Origin: Saccharofermentanales bacterium
GTDB lineage: Bacteria > Bacillota > Clostridia > Saccharofermentanales > DTU023
Direction of reading: 5' to 3'
DNA length: 64,000 nt
Assembly: GCA_050945495.1 (NCBI GenBank)
Contig: JBMNTA010000006.1
Span: 16,178-80,177 of the forward strand
Part shown: positions 7,271 to 18,246 of the stretch, in pieces
How the letters are laid out: every line of letters starts with the position of its first letter
How positions within the stretch are numbered: position 1 is the first letter of the stretch
Notes under the pieces: generated by a model
What the model was told of the DNA's origin: nothing
Databases searched by the model: none
The model's input: only the letters and a program-made list of their open reading frames with translations
Made by a program: the position numbers and the translations under genes

Positions 7271-9967
7271 CTATTCGGTGCGCAATGCCACCACCGGATC
7301 TTTTCGCGCCGCTTGTTTCGACGGCAGCCAGCCCGCAAGCAACGTCAAAACCACGCTGAGGGCCACGAGAATCAAGGCATACGTCACGGGCAAATACGCA
7401 TAGACATCGTAGGTGTTCGACAGTCGATGGATCAAATGATTCAACGGAACGATCAAAATGTAAGACATGACGATGCCGATCGCCCCCGACAGCAGGCCGA
7501 CGATGAACGTCTCGGCATTGAAGACCTGCGCGATGTTGCGCTTCGACGCACCGATGGCGCGGAGAATGCCGATCTCCTTCGTGCGTTCGAGCACCGAGAT
7601 GTACGTGATGATGCCGATCATGATCGAGGAGACGATGAGCGAAAGCGCGACAAACGCAATCAAAACGTACGTGACCACATTCACGATTTGCGTGACCGAC
7701 GAGAGCAGCAACCCGATGTAATCCGTGTAACTAATCTGGGCGTCCCGATCGGCTTCAGCATTGTAGTGATCGATGCAGTCCGACACGGCATTCTTGTTTT
7801 CAAACGTATCGGTGTAGATGCTGATGCGCTTCGGCGCATTCAGGCTGACCACGCCGAACAGCGTCATGTGCTCGTCGTACGTGCTCGCGTCGATCCCCTG
7901 CTCGTCGTAGAACCGGACGAGCACCTCCTCCGGCAACGTCTCTTTTTCCAACATCCCATCGAGTCGTCGGGCGAGCGCCGTATCGTCCAAGGTCTTCAGC
8001 GCCTCGAGCTCGAACGGCGTGGACTTCGGGTTCTCGAGCACGATCGCGCGCATGACCTCCGCCTTGTGTTCGATGGACAACTGACGCAAAAAGATCGCCG
8101 CGTTGGCCGCCTTCGTCGCATCGTCTTGCGGCGCAAACGTCATGTTCGTCAACACGCTCGTGTCGGGCTGTCGGCGCTGCGCGCGGACGACCTCGCTTTG
8201 ATCGGTGACCTCGATCAGTTTCTCCGTCAGCGCACGCGTGTACGCAAACGTCCCGTTGATCGGGATGGATGCCGCGTCGTCCTTCAATCGAACGATGCCG
8301 ACGATCGAGAGCGGCCATGCCCGATCCATGACCTCTTCCAAACGGTTGCTGTCATCGCCGATATAACGGAAACGATCGCCGTCCCGCTCGAACTGTTCGC
8401 ACATCGGCAGAAGGTAGAGCGGCTTCTCCAGGACTTGGTCGTATGACCAACGATCCGTCGTCTTTGCGACGGGATGGCCCGCAAAGATGTCGTCGCGGAT
8501 CTCCCGATATTCGGACAACGGCAAAAAGCCGAACTCGTACAACGTCATGAGCGGAATTTCGTTGTTTCGGTCCAGCACCAACACCAATTCGTCGTACGCC
8601 TCCGGCCAGCGCCCGTGCAGCACGTCGTAATTTTCACGCACCGCTTCGCTGACCGACGCGCCGTCGCGGCCGGCGAGAATTTCCGTCAATCGGTCGGGGC
8701 GCGTGATGCCCTGCATCATGTCGACCGGCAGCTGATCGTCGATGAACACGCCGCGCGCTTTGACCAGCTGATCTTCGGGATCGTACGCCAAGACATCGAA
8801 TTTCGTGTCGTACGAATAGACGATCCCCTCCGCCCCGACGTACTCGTGGATCTCGCTTTCGGGATCGTCGAGGTACGCTTTGAAATCCGTCAGATTGTTT
8901 TCCGTCAAACTCACGGAGGCGTTCGCGACGAACTCGAGATCCGAGCTGTTCGAATACATCGCGTCGCGCTCGTGATCGATCTCTTTGTGCGGGTTGCCGC
9001 GATGCCCGGAGGACAAGAGCGACGAGAGATCGATGGTGTAGGCGTCGATCGTCACCGGATACGACGTCATGGTATCGCGTTGGACGTCCGAGATGTACAT
9101 GTTGACGCCGGTCGAAAGGGCGAGGATCAAGGCGATGCCGATGATGCCGATGGAACCGGCCAACGCCGTCAAAAAGGTTCGGGCGCGTTTCGTGCGCAAG
9201 TTGTTGAAGCTGAGCGCCAGCGAGGTCGCAAACGACATGAAGGCGCGCCCCGGCGCATCGTTCCCGGTCACCGGCATGTCGCCGACGTCCAACGGATCGG
9301 TGTCGTTGACGATCCGCCCATCTTTCAAATGAATGATCCGCGTCGCGTACTGTTCGGCCAAGGCGATGTTGTGCGTCACCAAAACGACCAGGCGATCCTT
9401 CGCCACCGTTTTCAGCAGTTCCATCACCTGCAGCCCCGTCTCACTGTCAAGCGCGCCCGTCGGTTCGTCCGCCAAGAGAATGTCGGGGTCGTTCACGAGA
9501 GCGCGGGCAATCGCGACGCGTTGCATTTGGCCGCCGGACAGCTGGTTCGGGCGCTTGTGCGCGTGCGCTTCCAAGCCGACCTCCGCGAGCGCTTCCATGG
9601 CGCGTTCGCGTCGCGCCTCTTTCGGGATGCCCGAAATCGTCAGAGCCAGTTCGACATTGGCGAGCACCGTCTGGTGCGAGATCAAGTTGTAGCTTTGAAA
9701 GACAAACCCGACCGTGTGGTTGCGGTAAGCATCCCAATCGCGATCCGTGTAATCTTTCGTCGACACGCCGTTGATGATCATGTCGCCGCCGTCATCGTAT
9801 CGGTCGAGGCCGCCGATGATGTTCAAGAGCGTCGTCTTCCCGGAACCGCTGGGGCCCAAGACCGCGACGAATTCACTTTCGCGCAGGTTAAACGTCACGT
9901 CGTCCAAGGCTTTTTGGACGAACGGACCCGACGCATATGTTTTGCTCACATGCTTAATCTGAAGCAA
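7271..9967 (-). CDS. MacB-like ABC transporter, fused ATPase + FtsX-type permease with very large extracytoplasmic domain
   Basis: 898 aa. N-terminal NBD ([28 protein letters not shown]). TM1 near residue 270, about 470 aa of non-TM sequence, then an FtsX-like C-terminal TM bundle ([18 protein letters not shown]). TTG start at 9967 with GGGGAGG upstream. Confidence 0.85.
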   Translation of the reverse strand: MLQIKHVSKTYASGPFVQKALDDVTFNLRESEFVAVLGPSGSGKTTLLNIIGGLDRYDDGGDMIINGVSTKDYTDRDWDAYRNHTVGFVFQSYNLISHQTVLANVELALTISGIPKEARRERAMEALAEVGLEAHAHKRPNQLSGGQMQRVAIARALVNDPDILLADEPTGALDSETGLQVMELLKTVAKDRLVVLVTHNIALAEQYATRIIHLKDGRIVNDTDPLDVGDMPVTGNDAPGRAFMSFATSLALSFNNLRTKRARTFLTALAGSIGIIGIALILALSTGVNMYISDVQRDTMTSYPVTIDAYTIDLSSLLSSGHRGNPHKEIDHERDAMYSNSSDLEFVANASVSLTENNLTDFKAYLDDPESEIHEYVGAEGIVYSYDTKFDVLAYDPEDQLVKARGVFIDDQLPVDMMQGITRPDRLTEILAGRDGASVSEAVRENYDVLHGRWPEAYDELVLVLDRNNEIPLMTLYEFGFLPLSEYREIRDDIFAGHPVAKTTDRWSYDQVLEKPLYLLPMCEQFERDGDRFRYIGDDSNRLEEVMDRAWPLSIVGIVRLKDDAASIPINGTFAYTRALTEKLIEVTDQSEVVRAQRRQPDTSVLTNMTFAPQDDATKAANAAIFLRQLSIEHKAEVMRAIVLENPKSTPFELEALKTLDDTALARRLDGMLEKETLPEEVLVRFYDEQGIDASTYDEHMTLFGVVSLNAPKRISIYTDTFENKNAVSDCIDHYNAEADRDAQISYTDYIGLLLSSVTQIVNVVTYVLIAFVALSLIVSSIMIGIITYISVLERTKEIGILRAIGASKRNIAQVFNAETFIVGLLSGAIGIVMSYILIVPLNHLIHRLSNTYDVYAYLPVTYALILVALSVVLTLLAGWLPSKQAARKDPVVALRTE

Positions 9968-9995
9968 GGCAAACCTCCCCGAACAACGTATCGTT

Positions 9996-10028
9996 AAAAA
10001 CCTCCCTTGCCGACGGACAAGAGAGGTT
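9996..10028 (-). terminator. rho-independent terminator after tRNA-Leu
   Basis: Minus strand AACCTCTCTTG-TCCGTCGG-CAAGGGAGGTT (one mismatch), followed by TTTTTAA. Confidence 0.7.
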
Positions 10029-10035
10029 CATCGTA

Positions 10036-10118
10036 TGGTGCGGACAACAGGACTCGAACCTGCATGGTTGCCCACCGGAACCTAAATCCGGCGTGTCTGC
10101 CAATTCCACCATGTCCGC
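10036..10118 (-). tRNA. tRNA-Leu (anticodon UAG), type II with long variable arm, encoded CCA
   Basis: Minus strand GCGGACA...CCGGA-TTTAGGT-TCCGG...GGTTCGAGTCC...TGTCCGC-A-CCA. 7-bp acceptor stem, TAG anticodon in a 7-nt loop, T-loop GTTCGAGTC. Confidence 0.9.
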
Positions 10119-10145
10119 TCATGCCAACACTATATCGCAAAACCG

Positions 10146-11972
10146 CTAATCGCTCAGTCTCAAAACGCTCATGAATGCTTCCTGCGGCACCTCGACGCTG
10201 CCGACTTGACGCATGCGTTTTTTGCCTTCTTTTTGTTTTTCCAACAGTTTCTTCTTGCGCGAGATGTCGCCGCCGTAACATTTGGCCGTGACGTCCTTGC
10301 GGTACGCGCGCACCGTCTCGCGGGCGATGATGCGACCTCCCACGCTCGCCTGAATCGGAATTTCAAACTGCTGGCGCGGAATGTTCTCACGCAATTTTTC
10401 GGCCATGGCGCGCCCGCGCTTGTAGGCGTCGTCACGGTGCAGGATGAACGTCAGCGCGTCCACCTGTTCGCCGTTGATCATCATGTCGAGCTTCACGAGA
10501 TCGGAAGTCTGCCACCCTTTGAGCTGGTAATCGAGCGACGCGTATCCCCGCGAGACCGATTTCAAGGCGTCGAAAAAGTCGTAAATGATCTCATTCAACG
10601 GCATGTCGTAATGCAGATAGACGCGTTTTTCATCGACGTACTCCGTGTTGACGTAGACGCCGCGGTAGTTGTGGCACAGCTCCATCACGTTGCCGATGAA
10701 ATCGGTCGGCGTCATGACGGCCGCCGCCACGACCGGCTCTTCGATCGATGCGATGCTTTCCATCGGCGGCATGTTCGTCGGATTCTCCAGCATCATTTGT
10801 TCGCCGTTCACAAGGTTCAGACGGTACGCGACCGACGGCGCCGTCGAAATGAGGTCGAGGTCGAATTCACGCTCCAAGCGCTCCTGGACGATTTCGTAGT
10901 GCAACAGTCCGAGAAATCCGCATCGGAAACCGAAGCCCAACGCCGTCGACGTCTCCGGTTCAAACGACAGCGCCGCATCGTTCAGCTGCAAGCGCTCCAG
11001 GGCATCGCGCAGGTCGGGATAATCGGCCCCGTCCACGGGGTACATGCCGCAGAACACCATTTGACGCACCGGCTGGTAGCCCGGCAGCGGCGCGTCGGCC
11101 GGATGCTCCGCCAACGTGATCGTGTCGCCGGGCGCCGTGTCGCGGACGTTCTTGATCGAGGCCGCCACATAGCCGACGTCGCCGGCGTAAAGCGTCGGCC
11201 GCTCTTGCATCTCGGTCGGCGAAAACGTGCCCAAGTTCGTGACGGTGAAGGTCTTTCCCGAGTGCATCGTCAAAATTTCGTCGCCCAAAGAAAGCTTGCC
11301 CTCTTGGACGTTGATGTGCGCAATGACGCCCAAATACGCGTCGTAAATGGAGTCAAAGATCAAGGCGCGCAGCGGCTTCGTGTCGTCGCCTTCGGGCGGC
11401 GGCAAATAATCGGCGATCGCTTCGAGGACTTCGTCGATGTTGATGCCGTTTTTGGCCGAGATCAACGGGGCATGCGACGCGTCGAGACCGATGACCTCTT
11501 CGATCTCGTGACGCACCTCTTCGGGGCGCGCCGACGGCAGATCGATCTTATTGATGACAGGCAAAATTTCCAGATCGGCATCGATGGCAAGGTACGCGTT
11601 GGCCAGCGTCTGGGCCTCCACGCCCTGCGAGGCGTCGACGACCAAAAGAGCGCCGTCGCATGCCGAAAGCGACCGCGACACTTCGTAATTGAAGTCCACA
11701 TGTCCCGGCGTGTCGATCAAGTTATAGACATAACGCTCCCCGTTCTCGGCGACGTAATCCATCCGCACGGCGCGCGCTTTGATCGTGATGCCGCGCTCGC
11801 GTTCGATGTCCATGTTGTCGAGCACTTGTTCCTGCATCGTGCGCTCGCTGAGCGTGCCGGTCCGCTCAATGAGACGGTCGGCCAAGGTCGATTTGCCGTG
11901 ATCGATGTGCGCGATCACGCAAAAATTGCGAATGTGATCGACGGGTACGCGTGAGGTGGATTGTTGGGTCAT
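10146..11972 (-). CDS. lepA: translation elongation factor 4 (LepA)
   Basis: [22 protein letters not shown]1 motif, DTPGHVDF, and the LepA C-terminal domain. ORF-track start 12053 trimmed to MTQQ (ATG 11972), preceded by GGAGAAGAG. Confidence 0.95.
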   Translation of the reverse strand: MTQQSTSRVPVDHIRNFCVIAHIDHGKSTLADRLIERTGTLSERTMQEQVLDNMDIERERGITIKARAVRMDYVAENGERYVYNLIDTPGHVDFNYEVSRSLSACDGALLVVDASQGVEAQTLANAYLAIDADLEILPVINKIDLPSARPEEVRHEIEEVIGLDASHAPLISAKNGINIDEVLEAIADYLPPPEGDDTKPLRALIFDSIYDAYLGVIAHINVQEGKLSLGDEILTMHSGKTFTVTNLGTFSPTEMQERPTLYAGDVGYVAASIKNVRDTAPGDTITLAEHPADAPLPGYQPVRQMVFCGMYPVDGADYPDLRDALERLQLNDAALSFEPETSTALGFGFRCGFLGLLHYEIVQERLEREFDLDLISTAPSVAYRLNLVNGEQMMLENPTNMPPMESIASIEEPVVAAAVMTPTDFIGNVMELCHNYRGVYVNTEYVDEKRVYLHYDMPLNEIIYDFFDALKSVSRGYASLDYQLKGWQTSDLVKLDMMINGEQVDALTFILHRDDAYKRGRAMAEKLRENIPRQQFEIPIQASVGGRIIARETVRAYRKDVTAKCYGGDISRKKKLLEKQKEGKKRMRQVGSVEVPQEAFMSVLRLSD

Positions 11973-12067
11973 CTCTATCTCTTCTCCGGGGTGCTTGTCA
12001 ACGGTGCATGGCTTGAGTTCGTCGCGGACCGAGAACCTCGTGTCCGCCTTCATTCTACGCGATGCCG

Positions 12068-12817
12068 TTACGGCTTGCCGAAACGATCAAAGGGATAAAA
12101 GCGGAACACCAGACGGCCCGAAAGATGTTCGCGCGGGATGGGGCCGAAGTCGCGGCTGTCGCGGCTGTTCATGCGGTTGTCCCCCATCAAAAAATATTCG
12201 TTGTCGTTCAAACGCACGCTCGCGTATTGCAACTGATGAATCGCCGTCAACGTGCCCTCCGCAAGATACGGCTCGTCCAGCGGTTGACCGTCGACGTAGA
12301 CTTGTCCGTGCCGAATCTCGACGTGCTCGCCCGGCATGCCGATGATCCGCTTGATGATCAAATCGTGCCGCGGATCTTCCAAATTCGTCGATGCCGTTAC
12401 GATGTCGCCGCGATTGAGCGGGAGCTTAAACACCAGCGACACCTTTTCGACGAACACCTCGTCGTGGCTCTCCAGCGTCGGCAGCATGGAGGTGCCGATG
12501 ACCGTGTTGCGCTGAATGATGAACTGCGTGATGAGGATCGCGATCAGCAGACAGATGACGAGCGTAAACACGACGTTGCCGACCCGACGCGCACGCATTT
12601 CACGCGTCGAACGACGTTTCGACGCGCCGAGCGGCGGGCGCGAGCACGGGGGCATTTCGGGCGGACGGCGATCCGTCCCGTCTCGGCGTTCATCCTCGGA
12701 CGTCGCCCATGGCGCCCCCCTCATCGGCGGCGAGGGCTCCGAAGCGTCCGCAAACCTCGGCACACGCACCACATTGCGACGCGCCCCGTCGGGGCCGTTT
12801 CGAGGTGATTCGTCCAT
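12068..12817 (-). CDS. lepB: signal peptidase I with long Arg/Pro-rich N-terminal extension
   Basis: GTSMLPTL (catalytic Ser box), [26 protein letters not shown]. The start ATG (12817) overlaps the aspS stop as ATGA. Internal Met at 12598 has no SD. Confidence 0.85.
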   Translation of the reverse strand: MDESPRNGPDGARRNVVRVPRFADASEPSPPMRGAPWATSEDERRDGTDRRPPEMPPCSRPPLGASKRRSTREMRARRVGNVVFTLVICLLIAILITQFIIQRNTVIGTSMLPTLESHDEVFVEKVSLVFKLPLNRGDIVTASTNLEDPRHDLIIKRIIGMPGEHVEIRHGQVYVDGQPLDEPYLAEGTLTAIHQLQYASVRLNDNEYFLMGDNRMNSRDSRDFGPIPREHLSGRLVFRFYPFDRFGKP

Positions 12818-14628
12818 CAGTCGTCGACCTCTTCGACGCTGCTCACGCGTCGAATGACTTTCAATCCGAGCTCGTCGAGTTGTTCATCGGACACGATGTC
12901 CGGCGCATTCGTCATCAACGACGACGAGTTTTGCACTTTGGGGAACGCGATGACTTCGCGGATGCTGTCGGCGCCGGTCAAAAGCATGACGATGCGGTCC
13001 AGACCGTACGCGAGCCCCCCGTGCGGCGGCACACCGTAGCGGAACGCCGACAACAAAAACCCGAAGCGACGCTCCGCGGTTTCTTCGGACAACCCGAGCA
13101 ACCGAAACATGCGCTTTTGCACGTCTTGTTGATGGATACGGATGCTCCCGCCCCCGAGTTCCGTGCCGTTCAAGACGATGTCGTAGGCACGGGCGCGGAC
13201 ATCTTCCGGCGCCGTGTCGAGCAAGGGCATGTCTTCTTCCATCGGCGACGTAAAGGGGTGATGTTTGGCGACGAGCCGACGGTCTTCTTCCGACCACTCA
13301 AACAGCGGGAATTCCGTCACCCAACAAAATTCAAAGACGTCGTCCGGGATCATGTCGCGACGCTTGGCCGTTTCGATGCGCAGCGCACCGAGCGATTCGA
13401 GCGCGCGGATCCGATCGTCGTCGGCAATGAACAGCAATTGCGCTCGGGCATCGGCGCCGATGCGTTCGAGCACCGTTTTCGCCCACGCGGCGTCGAAAAA
13501 TTTCGCGATCGAACCGCGCGTTTCGCCGTCCTCGTTGAGCGACAACCAGGCCAATCCCTTCGCCTTCGTGTTGCGCTTCACCCAGGCGGCCAGATCGTCG
13601 AGCTCGCGGCGCGACATGTCGGCGCCGTCGGGCACCGCGATCGCGACCACGGCACCGCCCGCCTCCACCACGCTCGAAAACACGCGGAACGGCGCATCCT
13701 CGACAAGATCGGAGACGTCCGTGATCTCCATGCCGAAACGCAGATCCGGCTTATCGGAACCGAACCGCGCCATGGCTTCGCGCCACGTGATGCGGCGCAA
13801 AGGCAGCGTCAGCTCGATGCCCTTGAATTCACGCATGAGCGTCTGTAAAAAGCGCTCGTTGACGTCCATGACATCGTCTTCATTCACAAACGCCATCTCC
13901 ATGTCGATCTGCGTGAATTCCGGTTGACGGTCGGCGCGCAAATCTTCGTCGCGGAAACAGCGGGCAATTTGCATGTACTTGTTGTACCCCGCCAACATCA
14001 ACAATTGCTTGTAGAGCTGGGGCGATTGCGGCAGCGCAAAGAAATTGCCGGGAAACACGCGGGACGGCACGAGGTAATCGCGCGCCCCCTCCGGCGTGCT
14101 CTTGATGAGCGTCGGCGTCTCCACGTCGATGAATCCTTCGCGATCGAAAAACTCACGCGTGATTCGCGTGATGCGGTGCCGCGCCCGTAAGCGGCGCTGC
14201 ATGTCGGGACGTCGCAAATCGAGGAAGCGATACTTCAAGCGCAACGCTTCGTTGACGTCGAGGTCCTCTTCGATATAGAACGGCGGCGTTTCGGCCTCCG
14301 ACAAAATGCGTAAATCGCTTGCGTGCAGTTCCACCGTCCCCGTCTTCATGTCGGGATTGACGGCGCTGCGCATGCGCAACGTGCCGCGCACCGCGACCAC
14401 GAATTCGGACCGGACCGTGGCGGCCTTCGCCTGCACATCATCCGGGGAATCGTCGTCGACGACGACCTGAACTTCGCCCGCGATGTCGCGCAGCGTCATG
14501 AATAAAAGACCGCCGAGGTCGCGCTGTTTGTGGCACCACCCCATCAAGGTCAAGGTGTCGCCCACCATGGATTCGGTGACGTCACCGCACAGGCAACTTC
14601 TCTGCCAATCACCCATCGATTCACTCAT
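12817..14628 (-). CDS. aspS: aspartyl-tRNA synthetase
   Basis: Class II AspRS features: OB-fold N-terminus LMGWCHKQRDLGGLLFMTLRD, FRDEDLRADRQPEFTQID (motif 2), GGGSIRIH, GLDR. Start trimmed from 14691 to MSESMGDW; the exact start is uncertain. Confidence 0.93.
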   Translation of the reverse strand: MSESMGDWQRSCLCGDVTESMVGDTLTLMGWCHKQRDLGGLLFMTLRDIAGEVQVVVDDDSPDDVQAKAATVRSEFVVAVRGTLRMRSAVNPDMKTGTVELHASDLRILSEAETPPFYIEEDLDVNEALRLKYRFLDLRRPDMQRRLRARHRITRITREFFDREGFIDVETPTLIKSTPEGARDYLVPSRVFPGNFFALPQSPQLYKQLLMLAGYNKYMQIARCFRDEDLRADRQPEFTQIDMEMAFVNEDDVMDVNERFLQTLMREFKGIELTLPLRRITWREAMARFGSDKPDLRFGMEITDVSDLVEDAPFRVFSSVVEAGGAVVAIAVPDGADMSRRELDDLAAWVKRNTKAKGLAWLSLNEDGETRGSIAKFFDAAWAKTVLERIGADARAQLLFIADDDRIRALESLGALRIETAKRRDMIPDDVFEFCWVTEFPLFEWSEEDRRLVAKHHPFTSPMEEDMPLLDTAPEDVRARAYDIVLNGTELGGGSIRIHQQDVQKRMFRLLGLSEETAERRFGFLLSAFRYGVPPHGGLAYGLDRIVMLLTGADSIREVIAFPKVQNSSSLMTNAPDIVSDEQLDELGLKVIRRVSSVEEVDD

Positions 14629-14709
14629 CGGTATGTTCCTACTTTCTCCAGGTTCGGTTCGATCGGGAAACGATCGTCCGCCGTTCCCCATTTTACCCTT
14701 TTTGTCGCG

Positions 14710-15999
14710 TTACGCCCGATCGTCGCCCGCATCCGCCGTTTGGGCGCGATGCCGCTTCAAAAGATCGCCGACGGCCGTCAACGGGACGAGCGATTCGCTG
14801 CCGTCCGAAAGACGGCGCAACGTCCCTTGCTGACGGGACACTTCCGTGTCGCCCAAGACCATCACGTAGCTTGCATGCATGCGATCGGCCGACTTCAACT
14901 GCGAGCGCAGGCTTCGGCCCATGATGTCGGTTTCCACCTTCAAGCCGGCTTCCACCAGCTCCTTCGTCATCGCGAGCGCGTCCCCCGCCGTCGACGGGAA
15001 CGAGGCGATGAACAGGTCGGGCGCGGCGTCCGCCGGTTGACCGACGCCCTGGGCATCCATCTCCAGCAACAGCCGTTCGACGCCGAACGCGAAACCGACG
15101 CCGGGCACATCCGTGCCCCCGATCTCGCCGATCAGGCCGTCATAGCGGCCGCCGCCGCAGATCGTGCCCTGCGTGCCGACATTCGTCGATATGAATTCAA
15201 ACACGGTGCGCGTGTAATAGTCGAGGCCGCGCACCATGGTGGGATTGACGACGTAGGCGATGCCCATGTCGTCCAAATACGATTTGAATTTCGTGAAATG
15301 CTCACGGCATGCGTCGCACAGGTAATCGAGTTGCGCCGGGGCATCCTTCGCCAACGATGCGCAATGCGTCTCTTTGCAGTCCAGCATGCGCAAGGGGTTG
15401 CGCTCGAAGCGCTCGTGACAGTCCTCGCACATCTCGTCCAACATCGGGCGATAGTAGGCACGAAGCGCGTCGCGGTAAGCCTCGCGACATGCGGGACAAC
15501 CGATGCTGTTGATTTCCAAATTGATGCGTTTCAGACCGATGGCTCCGAAAAACGTGTCGAGGAGACCGACCAGTTCGGCGTCCGCTTCCGGGCTTTCGCT
15601 GCCGAAGACTTCGCAACCGTATTGCCAGAACTCGCGATACCGTCCCTTTTGCATCTTCTCGTAGCGGAACATGTTCATGTTGTACCAGAGCTTCACGGGA
15701 GCGGGCCATGAGGCCATCCCCTGCTCCACAAACGCGCGTGCCACCCCCGCCGTACCTTCGGGGCGAAGCGTCAGGCTCCGTCCGCCTTTGTCGTCAAAGG
15801 TGTACATCTCTTTGCGCACGATGTCGCTCGCGTCGCCGACGCCGCGCACGAACAATTCCGTGTGCTCGAAGGTCGGGACGTGAATTTGGCCGTATCCGTG
15901 ACGTCGACAAATCTCGGCAAAGGTGCGTTCGATGACGCGCCGTCGATCCGATTCGTCCGGTAAAATGTCACGTGTGCCTTTCGGTGCTTTGAGGTTCAT
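14710..15999 (-). CDS. hisS: histidyl-tRNA synthetase
   Basis: KAPKGTRDILP, MFRYEKMQKGRYREFWQ, GGGRYDGL. Start set to MNLKAP (ATG 15999) because GGAGG lies inside the first five codons of the longer ORF (16014). Confidence 0.95.
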   Translation of the reverse strand: MNLKAPKGTRDILPDESDRRRVIERTFAEICRRHGYGQIHVPTFEHTELFVRGVGDASDIVRKEMYTFDDKGGRSLTLRPEGTAGVARAFVEQGMASWPAPVKLWYNMNMFRYEKMQKGRYREFWQYGCEVFGSESPEADAELVGLLDTFFGAIGLKRINLEINSIGCPACREAYRDALRAYYRPMLDEMCEDCHERFERNPLRMLDCKETHCASLAKDAPAQLDYLCDACREHFTKFKSYLDDMGIAYVVNPTMVRGLDYYTRTVFEFISTNVGTQGTICGGGRYDGLIGEIGGTDVPGVGFAFGVERLLLEMDAQGVGQPADAAPDLFIASFPSTAGDALAMTKELVEAGLKVETDIMGRSLRSQLKSADRMHASYVMVLGDTEVSRQQGTLRRLSDGSESLVPLTAVGDLLKRHRAQTADAGDDRA

Positions 16000-16045
16000 G
16001 GGGGCCTCCTTCATGGCGTATTTTCGATATTCACCATATCAAATC

Positions 16046-16054
16046 ATTTTAGCA
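16046..16054 (-). promoter_or_regulatory. extended -10 promoter element (TGCTAAAAT) upstream of hisS
   Basis: Minus strand TG-C-TAAAAT, about 45 nt upstream of the hisS start. No good -35. Confidence 0.35.
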
Positions 16055-16075
16055 CAGCGGCGGTTTCCACCACAT

Positions 16076-16107
16076 GCAAACGACGGCGCGCCCGCCGCGC
16101 GCCGTCG
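16076..16107 (-). terminator. terminator hairpin after nnr
   Basis: Perfect 10-bp GC stem CGACGGCGCG/CGCGCCGTCG (16081-16090 / 16098-16107) with a 7-nt loop, followed on the minus strand by TTTGCATG (short U tract). Confidence 0.55.
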
Positions 16108-16138
16108 TCCTTCGATCAAGACCTCTCCGAGGGTTGAA

Positions 16139-17695
16139 TTATTGCGGCAAACTCGCTTCGCCGACGGCATTCAAAACATCCTCGGGCGTGACGACCGCTT
16201 CCGACAACATCCGCGCGGCGGCGATGTCGGCGGCGTATCCGTGCAGGTAGACGGCGCGACGCACGGCGTCCGCGAGATCGTCCGACTGCGCGGCCAACCC
16301 GACGATCATGCCGGTCAGCACATCGCCCGACCCGCCTTTGGCCAGGCCGACGTTGCCCGACATATTCAGAGTGACCGCCCCGCCGGGCTCGGCGACCACG
16401 GTCGCCATGCCTTTCAACACGACGATGGCGTGCATGCGATCGGCCAACGCCTTGGCCGCTTCCACGCGATCGGCGGCCAAGAGATCTTCCAAATCGGGCG
16501 CCAAGCGCTTGAACTCGCCCGGATGCGGCGTCAACACCGCCGGGGCATGGCCCGCGTCGACGCGTTTTTTCAAAAGTTTTTCGGCGTTCGGCATCTTGGC
16601 CAACGCATTCAAGCCGTCGGCGTCGATGATGACGGGCGTCGATTGACCGAGCAGCCGCGTGAGCGCTTTGACGACCCACGGCGCGTCGCCCGCACCGATG
16701 CCGACCGCCACCGCCGTGGGCGCCGGCAAATCATGCTTCGTCGCATCCCCCGTTTCCGGTACGGCGGACATCAGGGCCGACGGAATCGCCGACGCGATCA
16801 CGGGCAAGGACGCTTTCGGGGCGCGGACCATGGTGTAGCCGACCCCCACCCGTTCGCTCGCGCGCGCCGCGAGCACCAGCGCTCCGGCCATGCCTTCCGC
16901 ACCGCCGATCAAGAGAGCGCGACCGAACTGCCCCTTATGGCCGTCGCGCGCATGGCGCGGCAGCAGCAAGGGATACGTCGTCTCGTCGACGGTGAAGACG
17001 CCGCGTGCATCTTTTGCCAAAACGCGTTCGACAAACGCATCGCTCATGCCGATCGGCGCGACTTCCACGCGCCCGGCTTTGAGCGCGCCGGGATGCGTGA
17101 CGAGCCCGATCTTCGGACGACCGAACGTCACGGTGACATCGGCCTCGACGGCTCGATCGATCGATTGCCCCGTGTTGGCGTCCACCCCGCTCGGGATGTC
17201 GCACGCCACGATCATCGCGTCGCCTTTCCAGTGGCGCAGATACATGAACGCCGAGGTCGCCCAATCGGGCAACGCGCGATCCGGACGGAATCCGGTGCCG
17301 AACAACGCGTCCACGATGATTTTCGGCACCTGACCGACCAACGCCTCCGTCTGATCGACCGATTCGCCGCCCATTGCGTAATAGGCATGCATGTTCGTCG
17401 CACGATCTCCGTCCGCGGGTTGATGCGCACAGGCATCGAACACGAGGACACGGTGGCCCCGAGCCAAAAGTTGCCGCGCCGACGCCCACGCGTCGCCGCC
17501 GTTCATGCCGGGTCCCGCGAGGTACACCACATCGACCGTCGCGTCGTCGCGATCATTCCATGTAAGCCGCTCGATGAGTTGACACGACAGCCCCGCGGCC
17601 GCCTGTTCCATCAAGACGATCGACGGCAATCCCGTCGCTTCCGAATAGGCTTGATCGAGCCAACGTTGTTGCTCACGCGTTACCAATCGAACCAT
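16139..17695 (-). CDS. nnr: bifunctional NAD(P)H-hydrate epimerase / ADP-dependent dehydratase
   Basis: 518 aa. YjeF-N domain (GPGMNGGDAWASAR) fused to the carbohydrate-kinase-like YjeF-C domain (GGSGDVLTGMIVGL). SD GGAGAG before ATG 17695. Confidence 0.9.
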   Translation of the reverse strand: MVRLVTREQQRWLDQAYSEATGLPSIVLMEQAAAGLSCQLIERLTWNDRDDATVDVVYLAGPGMNGGDAWASARQLLARGHRVLVFDACAHQPADGDRATNMHAYYAMGGESVDQTEALVGQVPKIIVDALFGTGFRPDRALPDWATSAFMYLRHWKGDAMIVACDIPSGVDANTGQSIDRAVEADVTVTFGRPKIGLVTHPGALKAGRVEVAPIGMSDAFVERVLAKDARGVFTVDETTYPLLLPRHARDGHKGQFGRALLIGGAEGMAGALVLAARASERVGVGYTMVRAPKASLPVIASAIPSALMSAVPETGDATKHDLPAPTAVAVGIGAGDAPWVVKALTRLLGQSTPVIIDADGLNALAKMPNAEKLLKKRVDAGHAPAVLTPHPGEFKRLAPDLEDLLAADRVEAAKALADRMHAIVVLKGMATVVAEPGGAVTLNMSGNVGLAKGGSGDVLTGMIVGLAAQSDDLADAVRRAVYLHGYAADIAAARMLSEAVVTPEDVLNAVGEASLPQ

Positions 17696-17722
17696 CTGTT
17701 CTCTCCTTCTTTTCCGAGTAAC

Positions 17723-17754
17723 AAAAAGCCCACCCGCCGAGCGACGCGTGGGCT
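17723..17754 (-). terminator. rho-independent terminator after trxA
   Basis: Minus strand AGCCCAC...GTGGGCT stem followed by TTTTTGTTAC. Confidence 0.7.
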
Positions 17755-17774
17755 CTTCGTATCACGAACGTCCA

Positions 17775-18095
17775 TTAACCGACGTATTGATCGAGTACTT
17801 TCGCGATATCTTCGTACGGACGCGCGCCGACGAGCTGGTCGACGATTTGGCCGTTTTTGAAAATGAAGAGCGTCGGAATGCTGAACACGCGGTACTGTTG
17901 CGCGAGCGCACGCTCTTCGTCCACGTTCACTTTGCCGACGACGGCCTTGCCCTCGTATTGAGCGGCGAGTTCGTCGATCACGGGTGCCACCATTTTGCAC
18001 GGTCCGCACCAGACGGCCCAAAAGTCAACGAGTACGGGAAGGTCACTTTGGAGGACCATTTCTTTGAAATTATCTTGTGTAAATGTCTTCGTCAT
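17775..18095 (-). CDS. trxA: thioredoxin
   Basis: WAVWCGPCK active site. Start trimmed to MTKTF (ATG 18095), with GAAGGAG 9 nt upstream. Confidence 0.93.
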   Translation of the reverse strand: MTKTFTQDNFKEMVLQSDLPVLVDFWAVWCGPCKMVAPVIDELAAQYEGKAVVGKVNVDEERALAQQYRVFSIPTLFIFKNGQIVDQLVGARPYEDIAKVLDQYVG

Positions 18096-18246
18096 GATGT
18101 CCAACTCCTTCAACGAATCATCATCGTATGGATTAGTCTTCTGCGATCACCGTCACCGTCCGGCGGACGATCTCGGTGACTGACACCCATGATAAGACAT
18201 GGCGGTGCGGTCGGTAGTGTCATCAGTTACCCCGCCGTCGACGCCG

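Noticed and set aside
11973-12053. N-terminal extensions offered by the ORF track for lepA, rho (28564-28650), speB (40751-40921), speE (41668-41832), speA (43152-43229), trxA, tadA, the response regulator, CASDH, the DUF4870 protein and the chrA second half
   Set aside because: In each case an internal start has a proper GGAGG-type SD and/or overlaps the upstream stop. The homologous family begins there. The extension is R/G/P-rich read-through into the upstream gene or gap.
16015-16075. Expected T-box leader upstream of hisS-aspS (usual in Bacillota)
   Set aside because: Only about 60 nt separate the upstream terminator from the hisS start. There is no specifier hairpin, no AGGGUGGNACCGCG box and no terminator/antiterminator pair. 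Only an extended -10 element is seen.
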